This document shows, in pieces, positions 13,490 to 25,253 of a stretch of DNA of 32,788 bases (its first letter is position 1; the number at the start of each line of letters is the position of its first letter). The translations under genes and the position numbers were made by a program. The notes beneath the pieces were generated by a model. It was not told the origin of the DNA. It searched no databases and saw only the letters and a program-made list of their open reading frames with translations. The stretch comes from Trichoplax sp. H2 (lineage: Eukaryota). The stretch lies in contig NOWV01000185.1 of assembly GCA_003344405.1 (NCBI GenBank), positions 124,001-156,788 on the forward strand, in the 5' to 3' direction.

Positions 13490-14460
13490 TAGTCAGACCA
13501 TCTTATCTTTTATAGAACTTATTACTAAAAAGTGGAAACAGCAAGTCCTGCGTGGTATGATTACAAAACGTCCGATATATATGCTAATTGTCATGAATAC
13601 CAATATAGAGTAATTATCATTAAGACAAATAGGAAATCAGCTAACAAAAAGAGAACCTCTTTATACTGAATATTGCCGTTTTGTTTCCTAATCGAAGATT
13701 ATAATTTTCAAATGGTTAGCATAGCAATAACGAAATCAATCTAGTCATCAAAATAGATGAACGAAATATAACCATTCTTAAATATTAGTTTATGAATGCT
13801 TTAGAAAAAGAATTTCTATACATTTTAAGTACTAGCATTTTGCATTTTGTTTTCTAATCAAAGATTATAATTTCAAATGGATATACTATAATGTTAGCTA
13901 AATCATTCTAGTCACTAAAATAGATAAATAAAACACAGCCGTACTTGAATATTAGTTATAAATATAAATTATTCATTCTTAAACAAGAATATTGAACTGT
14001 CCTCAAACCAGGATTTTATTTTACAGAACTCATAATTGAGAAAATTATAAATAAATCTTACGTAATATGATTACAAATAATCAAGTAGATATGTTAATTA
14101 CCATGAAGGCTAGCTTAAAGTCATTGTCAAGACAAGTAGAGAAGCAGTAAACAAAAAACAGGCCCTTTTACGCAAAAAAGAAGTGCTTTTTCCTTTTATC
14201 TAAGATTATATTTTTCAGATGGCTATCAGGATATTAACGTAATTAATTTAATTCGTTACATCTACTTTCTAATCATTTTTCTAGTTGAAAGTTCTATACA
14301 AGTATAATTGTTATATTAAGATCCGGAAAAAAATTTACATGTTCCATAGAGTTATAGCCAAACTACCCTTAAAATATTAATCAATAAAAATATCCGTTGA
14401 TTTTGACTACTGTAAATACATCAGACAACACTTGATTTTGCTATCCCAAAGATTATAGTT
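13490..14460. repeat. Nested degenerate local duplications (~165 bp and ~530 bp offsets)
   Basis: TTTTGTTT.CTAATC.AAGATTATAATTT.CAAATGG occurs at about 13679 and 13845, with variants near 14195 and 14436. TATGATTACAAA...ATG.TAATT..CATGAA occurs at about 13556 and 14066. Confidence 0.7.
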
Positions 14461-15169
14461 ACTGTGTAATGAACTAAAATTAGTCGAGACTGATAGTAAT
14501 AGGAGTTTACTTAGGGTACAGAACGTTACATCTTATCCAATGAATCTACAGATATTGCCAAGTATTGGTATGTAAGACAAAGATTGTTATAATATCTCTC
14601 CGATTAGAGAAATTTCTACAGTGCCCACCACATAACTCAGTTCTTTATTATATATTGTTATATAATTAATAAATTTACAGGAAACTTATCGGTGCCATAG
14701 CCTACGATTATATTCATTGTTTAATTTTATAAGAAATAGTTTCATTACGTAACATTAAACGTATGAAAAAATACGTAATAATACGTCAATGAAAATTTAA
14801 ATTTAAGGCGATAGATGCAACATATTATATGCTATGTATCATAACGATAGTCAAACTGTAATATATGTATGTGTTTTTGTGGAATACAGCATCATGGAAA
14901 AAAACTGAATAAGCGCTTGGCTGTTCAAATTTCAGCTTGTTATTGGAACGCAACGGATGATTTGCTAGTTTGAACAGTATCAACATTATTAAGACGGCAC
15001 TCTTTAGATTTAAAGGACTAAATCGATTGCATATCTTAGAAATATGCAGTTATCTCATTTCATATCAGCAATAACATCTTAATAGACTAAGGTATTGAAT
15101 TAGCTCTAGATGCTTTGCTCAGTACACATACGTCGTGAGTAAACAATGATTTCAAGATTGAACTGTAAA

Positions 15170-15860
15170 TTCTCCAAAACAATTTATTAGACATTTTCTA
15201 ACAGCAATCACGCTAAACTGATTTGTGTAGTCAATTTTATGGTTACTTTACACCGGTAAATAACTATTTTAAGTCAGAATTACATATCTAGCAAATTAAT
15301 CTGTAGGATACTTTCTCATCGTTACTACTCTAAATCTATATTTATTATGAAATTAACGGCTTTAGTATGCATCACAGGTCAACAGATTCAACTTTGAGTA
15401 GCATCGTATATCCAAAAATTAATTTGTCGATTATTTTACTATAGTTACATCCAAACTGATATACACGATAGGCTAATAGTCTTTTTATGTAGGCAATAAT
15501 GATTTTCAAGTATTTTAAGTCGGAATCGTGTCTTCAGTAATAAATTAATTTGCTGCATATTTTCCTATGGTTACTATTCTAAAATGATACGATACGAGTC
15601 GATCTATAAATTAATAGTTAATATACTCGTATACAAGCAATCAACAATTTTAAGTCTGAAAATACATATATTGTAAAACATTTTGTTGAATATTTTCCGT
15701 AGTTACCATTCTAAACAGTTCCGATGTGCACCTATTTATAAATTAATTTTCAAATTTATACAAGTAAACAGCAGTTTCAAATCTGAAAATGTATATTTTG
15801 TAAACTATTTTGTTAGATATTTTTCCATTGTTACCACTATTTCTATGCCGAATTACATAA
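15170..15860. repeat. Highly degenerate tandem array, ~125-140 bp unit, about 5 copies
   Basis: AAATTAAT.TG...ATATTTT....GTTAC.A.TCTAAA recurs near 15293, 15416, 15542, 15680 and 15805. TATTTTAAGTC.GAAT occurs at 15265 and 15511. Confidence 0.65.
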
Positions 15861-16884
15861 TTTAACCTATATCAATTGCTACTATCTGCACAATGTTGGA
15901 ATATGTTTATTTCTTAGTGCTTTGCCGTATCCTAAAAATGGTCATTAATATTTAGTGCGATATTCAGTGTATCCGTTCAGAGTGATAACTACGGAAAAAT
16001 ATTGATCAAAATATTTTTCTGAATATACATTCGGGCTTTAAACCTGTTTAAAATGACTGTGAAGTCACACTATAATATTTATCTACTCAGAGTGGCAACT
16101 ATGAGAAAATGCGTAACAAATTATTTAGTAAGAAGTACTGTACACTTTAGGATTGAAACTGTTGTTTGTCCCCATAGTTGTGACCATCGATTTACACTGC
16201 AATTCTGTTTATCAATAATAATAGCAAATGTTTATGAGAAAGCCTTAGTCATTGGCTTGTAGATATTGATTCTGTATTCTGAATGACAATAGTTGAGATT
16301 AACATAACATCAACAGATCACCAATTCCTATAAAAAATTATATACATCGATCGATATTTATTATAGGAAAGTAAATTTATATAACTTGGCATGCAAGATA
16401 ATATAAAATTCTACGTAAAATAATCGACACCTAGGCTTTATTCCAGCCTGAGATGTCAGCTGTAGTTAACAATGCCTAAAGTATTAATTAATATCGACAA
16501 TTTTGGATTAAATGAACGAAATTTTTAGGGTGTTAATTTTACTAAAAGTAGATTATAATATGTACTTTGGCCATATTAAAAGTTACCAATAGGAAAAAAT
16601 ATTTTTTATTGAATTATCGATACTAGATGATTTACACTGACCTTCCACTGTATTGTTTTCTCTTCTAGCCATCCCACATTCCAAGCTAGTATAATACTAA
16701 CAATTGAATTGATGATTATGTATCTAGCTAGAATAGGATGGAGATAGGTCAAATATTGCAAGATTGTAGTTCAAGGTGGATAGACAATGACATAAAAGAT
16801 CCTGTAAAAAAATAAAATAACTTAGTTTAATATTGCCTGAATCATGTAGCACGTATTTATCCTCGTTCACGTATTATTATGGCC

Positions 16885-16922
16885 ATTATTGTTATTATTA
16901 TTATTATAATATATTATTATTA
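16885..16922. repeat. Imperfect (TTA)n microsatellite
   Basis: attattgttattattattattataatatattattatta, read directly from the sequence. Confidence 0.8.
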
Positions 16923-17701
16923 CGGCAGCGTCATTCATTACTTTAAATTTTAGTACACAAGTCCATCACCACCCTGGGTCATCTTTTTCTTTGATCTTAT
17001 GCTAGAGTTTAATCGGATTGTGTGGGGGCGGTTGCTATTTCCTAGTATATTATATGATCGAAAATGATAATTCATCACTACTGGATTCTATCTATTCGTT
17101 ATTGATTTCTTTAAAGTGTATCTAATAGAAGATGATAATTATGCTATGATATTGGCTGAAAGGTAGATGCTGTATATTTTAATGTAGAATTTATTATGAA
17201 TTAAATACAACTAATGCCAAGGTCAACAAAAACAGCTCGGAAGTGGATTGAGTATGGCATCGTTGATCGATTTTATACTAATTTTAACGAAAAAGAATCT
17301 TAAAGAAAGACAGCAATTTATAAGAAAGAATTATTCTATTAATTTCGGTAGGTTGTATAGGAAAGCTATTAACACTTCGTAATTTCTATACTGTCAATAA
17401 CTTGTACCTATTATAGGCTATAGTTCAGTTACTATTTGTAGAATTTTATTTCCGATACCTGTTGATCTAATTTATTGTTTTTATAATAACATGGGCAAAA
17501 AATGGCTTTATATTGCTATACTGCTTCCACCATTGAAATGTAATGTCTAAACATGACTTATAGAAATGTCAAAGCATTGGATATTAATTGAATCGATCTA
17601 AATAGAGAATATATTTAGATTGCTTAATTGATAAATACAGCATCTATACAATAATGCGGTAACATGATCACACAATAAATTTGAATAAGCTCGCATATCG
17701 A

Positions 17702-17843
17702 CCATATGGATTAATAAAATTCGCGCACGTTTGGGAGGAGTTTCAAGATTCTATTTTCATCTCAATACAAGCGATTGGTCACAAGTGTTGCCTACTTTTA
17801 ACTTTGAATCGTTGTTTTAAAATGAGGAACGTGTAGGTATAAA
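17702..17843 (+). promoter_or_regulatory. Putative core promoter of bHLH-1 (CATATG E-box, inverted CCAAT box, TATA box)
   Basis: CATATG 17703-17708, GATTGGTC 17773-17780 and TATAAA 17838-17843, in canonical order ~330 bp upstream of the ATG. Motif match only. Confidence 0.5.
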
Positions 17844-18175
17844 TTAGTTCTAGTTGGACGCTAAAGATTTATTTTATTTCAACGGGGGCCGACAAGTTGT
17901 TAGTTCTAGCAGCAACTAAGGGTAGCTAGTATTTTGCGCCTTTAACTTTATTATTACTTCACTACGTATCAGTTAACTTGACACACTATTTTAAACTTCG
18001 ATGTTAGTTTGCACCGCTACGTCTTAGAATTTAAAATACTGAATTTTTAGTTTCTATCCTATAGTTTACTTTGAAGTAGGCTCCTCTCTTATTCTTATTA
18101 CTTTGACATTGGTTGATTACCATATTTAGTACGAATAGTAGTTCACTCCCTCACCTTTAATATTCAGCAAGAATC

Positions 18176-18880
18176 ATGTCTGAGGTCTCTAGTTTTGAGG
18201 ACGAATTCGAAAATCAAGATCTCTTGAATTTATTGGATGATATTGCAAGTTGTGGCGACGAATTTGGCCGATTGGAAAGTCCACTAACTCTAGACAGTCC
18301 TTTCTATGCCAGTCAACATCCACCATCACTGCAAAATTGGCTACCCTTAAATAAACCTCTTGATATCAAGTCGTTAAAGAAAAAAGTAGTCTCAACTACT
18401 TCTGCTATGAAAAGGAAACGATATGACAAAGATAGCGAAACAAGACAAGATAGGAATCATAGCAAGAAGAAGAAGAAAAATGCAATCTCAACTGTACGCC
18501 GAACAAGAGCTAACGAACGAGAGCGCAATCGAATGCATAACTTGAACGATGCATATGAAGAACTGCGTAAAGTTGTCCCCCACTATCCTGCGGATAGAAA
18601 ATTATCCAAGATTGAAACATTAATATTAGCACAAAATTATATTTTATCTCTATCCGATTTATTATTACAGCGCACATCAGCCGATTATCAACAAAAAATT
18701 AATAAAGAATTTTGCTCACAACCTTATTCGCCATCATCAACACCTATCGCGACTACGACTAGCAATAGTCGTGACAGTGATGACGATTCCTCATTAAGCT
18801 CACCGTTAGATTTTAATGATGACCCCGTATCTCCATTTGATAATGGTATAGACATGGAAATGAACGTTGTTGCTTTTTAA
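18176..18880 (+). CDS. Atonal-superfamily (group A) bHLH transcription factor, Neurogenin/NeuroD/Mist-like (bHLH-1), 234 aa, uninterrupted ORF
   Basis: The ORF contains the b[59 protein letters not shown] (nt 18497-18664). The RANxRERxRM and [15 protein letters not shown] motifs are typical of atonal-related proteins. Basic NLS-like stretches (KRKR, KKKKK) precede it, and both termini are acidic. Exact orthology cannot be resolved by eye. Confidence 0.95.
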   Translation: MSEVSSFEDEFENQDLLNLLDDIASCGDEFGRLESPLTLDSPFYASQHPPSLQNWLPLNKPLDIKSLKKKVVSTTSAMKRKRYDKDSETRQDRNHSKKKKKNAISTVRRTRANERERNRMHNLNDAYEELRKVVPHYPADRKLSKIETLILAQNYILSLSDLLLQRTSADYQQKINKEFCSQPYSPSSTPIATTTSNSRDSDDDSSLSSPLDFNDDPVSPFDNGIDMEMNVVAF

Positions 18881-21800
18881 TATTCATGCTGTCGGCATGC
18901 TTTGCTTTGCTTGGTAAGTATCTGAGACTAAATAACCGATATGCCAATCTTTACTCTATCGTTTTCGTCGTAGCTAATGCTAAACTCTTTGTGATTACTA
19001 CACTTTAAAATTGAGTTTTGCTACGGTAATTAATTTAGAAATGCTAACAGTTCAGGATATATTTTTAGAGTGGCCATTAATAGATCTAAATTATCGAAGT
19101 AAAACAGGAAAGTTTGCATTAATTCAGTAGATTGAAGATTACAAGTATTTTCACTCTTTCTATTTACAAGTCTACTATATTAAATGGAATGGATCAGGAT
19201 ACCTCTGTATGATAGCAAAATGATTACTTAATAACTTAGGATACGAATAGTTACATTCGTGCATTGCGATAGAAATTTAGTAATAACGTGATGAAAATTA
19301 AAAATTTGTCGCAAATTATAAATTCTATTTAAAAAATTAAACGAGATGAGTAACCAATTGTATCATTTAATTTTTTTAGATTTTAGATAGTATTTGCAGA
19401 ACAGCAAACTAGCAAGATCATAACAAAAAGATGATCCATTAACTGTGGCATGATATAATGCAGATAACTAAATAGGCCAATGAACAGAAATATCAAATTT
19501 AAGATTCGTAAAATGTAGCACCATCCAGCTTAATTTATTGTCGATTACTGTATGCTTAATTATATGACGTACGGCAGGCTTTGTGTTCTTTAAACTGTCC
19601 TAATAATATTTACAAGTCTATACGTGATGTGGAAGATTCCATATCTCGTAATATTCCTTAGTGTAAAATTACTATGGTAAAATTAATTATTGACGAATTC
19701 TACTGGATCTTATACTTTAGGGTCATAATAACTAGTAGAAATATAACAATTTTAATATGAAAAACTAAATGCTAACAGATAGATCATGGTTACCAGTTAA
19801 CATGACGATAATATAGTTGGAGTGGAATAGAATATTGCAACAAATTTTTAAAAAACTAACTTTCAGTGTGATATCTGATTGTTTGCCAATTTTATTAGAC
19901 GTGCTGTATGTGAATAAATAATAATCTCTAAATATTGGCCTAAGATATAATATTGAAGTTTAAGGTGTATTGGACTATCTTTACTAGTACGTAACAAGAT
20001 GTTAAACCAAGTATTTAGTTAACGTAAATCAGTTGACTTTTCTTAGGCGGCACATGCCATACCCAAGGAAATCTCTACTCCAATTGTAAATTGTATATGT
20101 ATTCTTGAAAATAATAAATTAACTATATTGAATTGTTATCATAATAGCGATTGAATTATTTTTGATACAATGCACGGAAAATCTATTTAATATTTAACTA
20201 CGTCAGCAATAGACATGAAATTGTTAATTTGATTAAATTATCTTTGCAGTAATATATTTAGAAATCAAGGAATCGATTGCCTTTGTTTTCGAAATGTAGG
20301 AATATCACGTAATTTTATCCTATCCTATTAATAGCAGTGGTATTCCTCAGTAAGATAATATTGAGGCTATTTCTTTCATAACCAATACCTACACCATTAT
20401 AAATGAATTGCAAGTGGTGAATTTTATAGTTGATGGAATTGATTTCATAGGATAATACAAGTTGTTAGTGTACTGTAGATTACTCTTCGCTCAATTTTAT
20501 TTCGTGATAGAAAGAATCAATCAAAATTGTGGCTTAATCATGATTTAATTAAACTTTTAGCCACTCTATTGTAAAATTGTCGCCAACTCGTATTTTGTCA
20601 TCGCAAAAGTATGTAAAAACTATCCTTGATTTTAGTTAATTGTAACGTCCAGTCTTTCTTATAGTATTTTATTCATTGAAGCTTATCATTAAAAAATCTA
20701 TAGCTCAATAAATGAAAAAAGTTGAGCTCTTGAAAATCACTAGAATTCCCTTTTTATTATCATGCATTTATATAAAATTTTTGTCTTAATAGCATTTTAA
20801 GTCAAACATTTACCCTTGAGCAATATTCGCAAATCTATAGTAAATGACCTAATTTTAACATAGTCTTAATATCATTTGCAAAATATCCGTAAGAGTCAAG
20901 GTGACTCTTCAAGCTAACAAATATTATCAACTTCAATAGTACTAATTTATTTACAAATTTCTGATATTGTCCATTTTCAGGCTGCGGCGCTAAATGATGC
21001 ACATGTAGATATTACTCTTTGATGGCATCGATGGTATGATAGTAATACCGACGGGAAATTAGTTATACTACATATAATATGTAAGAAAGATATTAACGTT
21101 CTTCCCTTAGTTTTAATGCAGCTCTTGGGCGGTAAAACTATACTTACGCAAATAATAATCATAATGAATATTTTAAAATCAATATCTACGCATTGCACGC
21201 ATCCATACCAATGTAAATAAAAGTTCAGATGGTCACACAATTACATCAAAGGAGGAGCAAACTTGAAGCAGTGGCTCAAAAATCAAATATTTACGGTGAA
21301 ATTAAAATCTCCGTATTGCATTATATCTAATGATTGACATTGAACTTCGCATCCTTGAAATGACCGTTATACACAATTGAAGAGTTGCGACCATAGTCTT
21401 ACCAGATTACAGTATACCGGCTAAATGTAATATTTTACTTTCTCTGACATTAATGCTTAAGATGGAGCTGCTAGAGAGGATACAAATTGAACAGTGAGCC
21501 CTATGAGTTGTATATCGTGAATTTGACCTAGTTGTCTGATTATGACATTTACAATGTGCTTATCTTTAATGTTAGAGCTTTATTTATTTACTTAATGATA
21601 TAATGATTAAAAATGAATATAGAAAAGATTTAATATGCCCTATAGTTGAGCACAGCTGCACAATACAACATAATAGTAGAGTTAGCAATGCACCGGTAGC
21701 ATATTTTCCTTTTAAATATCACAGTTTTATATTTGATTACTTTAAGGGTAAAATAGGAATGCATAAGCAATTTCGTACTAGGTATTGAATATCTTGATTC

Positions 21801-24800
21801 TAGTTGCAAACATTACCTGACTTTATTTGTCTGCAATAGGGATCAAGACAAATCTTATCATTGAGTAAGCGGCACTTTCACCACATATCCGTGCGCTTCT
21901 GTAGTACTTATTAATTCGACCATCAGGTTACTTGGTTATTCATTGCTATATTACTACGTCAATTCACACACTTTTTTATGATATTATTTTAACGGAAAGA
22001 ATTACCAAATGAATGAATGAAATATGTATCTTTTACGTAATATCTATCACCGATTACTACTATGACAAGTTTTGTATGCTATTTTATCCTTTTGGAAAAA
22101 TATATTTCATATCAGGTACTTTCATTAATTGATCACAGCTGATCTAAGTGTACCTATACTCGTGCAAGAAAGATGAAGTTCATGTTCTCTCATACTTGAG
22201 CTCGTTGCGTTTTCTATCTAGAAGGCTTCGTTACATAGCTTAAGAGTAACTTACAACCTTTACACTAAGTAAATCTTCATGATATTTTGCATATTAAAAG
22301 TAGCGTTAGCATAAAATGTTAAATTTTCATATTGTTAAGATGCAATTTTATTTCATACATGATTCATTGGATATTCATATCAAGTCCACACGATTGGTTT
22401 CTTATATTACCTCGCTAATTACAATGCTTTATAGTTAGGCTGTAATGACTTATATAGAGAATAAATGGCGCAGTATTAGTCACTGTACTTGCTAAGTAGT
22501 TCAAACCTACCCGTATAGAATGAGCATTAGCAGTTTTTAAATATTTATTTAGTACGGGAACAGCTACTAGGTAGGTATATGAATATAGTTAGTACGCTTA
22601 TATTTTGGCTATTGTTTACTACTGTAAATTACGTAATACGAATGACACAAATATTTCGCATCTGATGTTTACTCCGATAAACTTTTCACGTTCTAAATGT
22701 TATACCTATTAAGTGACCTTAGTCAGGATATTGCAAAATCATATTCGAAATTTAAATATGACTGTGAGATAGCCTCTTGCATATAACGAATGATTTAGTG
22801 CACGTTGGCGTGCTTAATGTTTGCGTGGTACATAATCTACGGCTTGATTAGATATCAATACCGATGTCAATGGACATGAGTATATAGGATCCACTATTTA
22901 GGTTTTCTGTATAATTCTGGATGATTTTGGATGCAGTACATATTTCATAAGCATTTATTTTTCTCTACTGCTACCAACAGCTATCAAAAATTTCATAATT
23001 TATCAAAATATAAATAGAGAACGCTTCTTTAATTATTAGAGCTAATAATTTTATTATGTTATTAAAATCAGTTAGAGTCATAAATCAGCTATAAACCGAG
23101 AGTCGGAGTGCAATAACTGCAAATAAAATTATAACCATAAGAGTATATTTTGACAATTTCTACGATAATCCACAATTTATAGCAAGAATTTACAATTAAT
23201 TAGCTGCGCTTATTTACCTACTGATTGAACGAACTATAGTATAACTGTAACACATAACTAGCGTAATTAGCTGAAATCATTACATTAACTTATATTGTAC
23301 ATTTGGAATAACTGTGATAACGTACATAACTTGAACATTTTGAATTATGATTTTCATCATCTAGATCTCTAAAGCAATATATTATTGTCACGGTACTTCG
23401 TACCGTGAAGAAATAGCTATCTAAATTTGGTTAATATAATATAGTGATAATATATTACAGCTAGTTACGTATAATAGGAATTACTCTAATTATAAATGTG
23501 TTACAGTAAATTTAATGCTGTGCTGCAATGTGCTCTGAAATGATTCTGTGAATGGACATATTGTAGCCCGACTGCGAAAAATTAGTTAGTAGATGTTCTC
23601 ACCAAGTATTTTTATAAGATGACTCGTGAATGTTAGCTGCTGTAGTAGGGTATATAAGCCGTCAGACTGTTGAATAAAATGGTTCTCAATTGTCTAGTTG
23701 AGTTTAACGTAGAATCAAAGGCGTCTAAATTCTTGTGAGGTAGTTAAGGGATACTGAATCCCGGAGACTATAGTAATTTGGAGATTTGTTTTACGTTATC
23801 CTTGTCACGAAGCTGGTTTGTGACAATTATATGTTCTTTAAACCTTCCTGCCCTTCAAAACTCTGGTTCAATACTTTTAAGTTCCTTGCAGTATCAATGT
23901 ATAGTATATGCGAGGCAAATTACAGTGGCAGTAAGAAGTCACAGTAGTCATATTTATTACAGTATATTGTGCCAGCTTAGTGTATTAAATTTGCTCTCTT
24001 GATGTCAATAATTTTATAAGCGTTGCATTATCGGATTGCCAGTCATTTTTATCTTATTCAGGGCCAATGGTTATATTTTTAATTTTAAATTGCATTTATA
24101 AGTGTATAGCGATAGCTGGATCTTGTCTTTATTGCACTACATATTTGATAAAGTAAAAAATTTATGTGCTTGATTTGCAAAATTAAATTTGTTTGTCATA
24201 GCTTACGATATGAGTAAATAAATACCAATGTATCGCGGACACGTATGAAATACGCACAAATCAATTCTTAAAACTTTTTTAATAACAATCAGTTCTAATT
24301 AGACGTCATACCCTAAAAATTGAAGATGAACGATATATAATAACGTCGACTAGTTCTTTGATAGTATTTATGGAGGCCTTGATGTAGGTGTAAATCCAAA
24401 ATGATTAGATTTTAATTGCTGTAAGTCACATCATGTTATTCACCAAATATTCATGATAATAAAATTTGTCGCCGAATTGTGTCAACTTTGTATTAGAAGT
24501 AATTATTGATAGAGATAGAGTGATATTAGCTGGCTGTTGACTTCAAAAATACCGAAATTATAACTAGACAGTACTGATAGAATTAATTTAGTTACTTTAA
24601 AATTAAAATGATACGTTAATTAATTTATTATTGTTGAAGATATTGCATTGAAGTGCGTGATTTCATGTTAATTTGATCAAGCTATGACTTAGTATTATTT
24701 TTATAGGAAATATATAGCAGTAATACTGTATAACACGTGCTTTTGCAAGAAATTCTTGCATTGATTAGTGAGCATTAGATTCGTATACTACTAGATAAAC

Positions 24801-25237
24801 AAGTTAATGCTGTTGATCTTTATCGGATCATGACGATGACAAAACAGGGGTTTTGAGATCAGAGTGAGAACAATCGAAGTAGGAAACATAAACGGATTGC
24901 ATATTGATATCTAGACTAACGATAATATTAATACAACGAAAAATAATTTACTTAGGATCCGGCGATTATGTCAATGTTCAATTATTTAGATAAAAGATGA
25001 CGCTTCTAATCATTCTTGATTATCGCATAAATAATGAAATTGCTTAATGTTAACTCCTTATCGCCTTTACATCTTGTTACTACATCAAACTGAAATGTTG
25101 CCGTTATAATTTTATTTAATAGTAGAACAGTAATGTCTTACATGTAATCGTTACGAATGCTTGCAAACTAATTATAGCTATAGTATCATCTTCAGGGTAG
25201 GTACACCCAGTTTGATGGCGTTGGAGGCAGCCTATTC

Positions 25238-25253
25238 TGTGTGTGTGTGTGTG
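25238..25253. repeat. (TG)8 microsatellite
   Basis: Read directly from the sequence. Confidence 0.9.
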
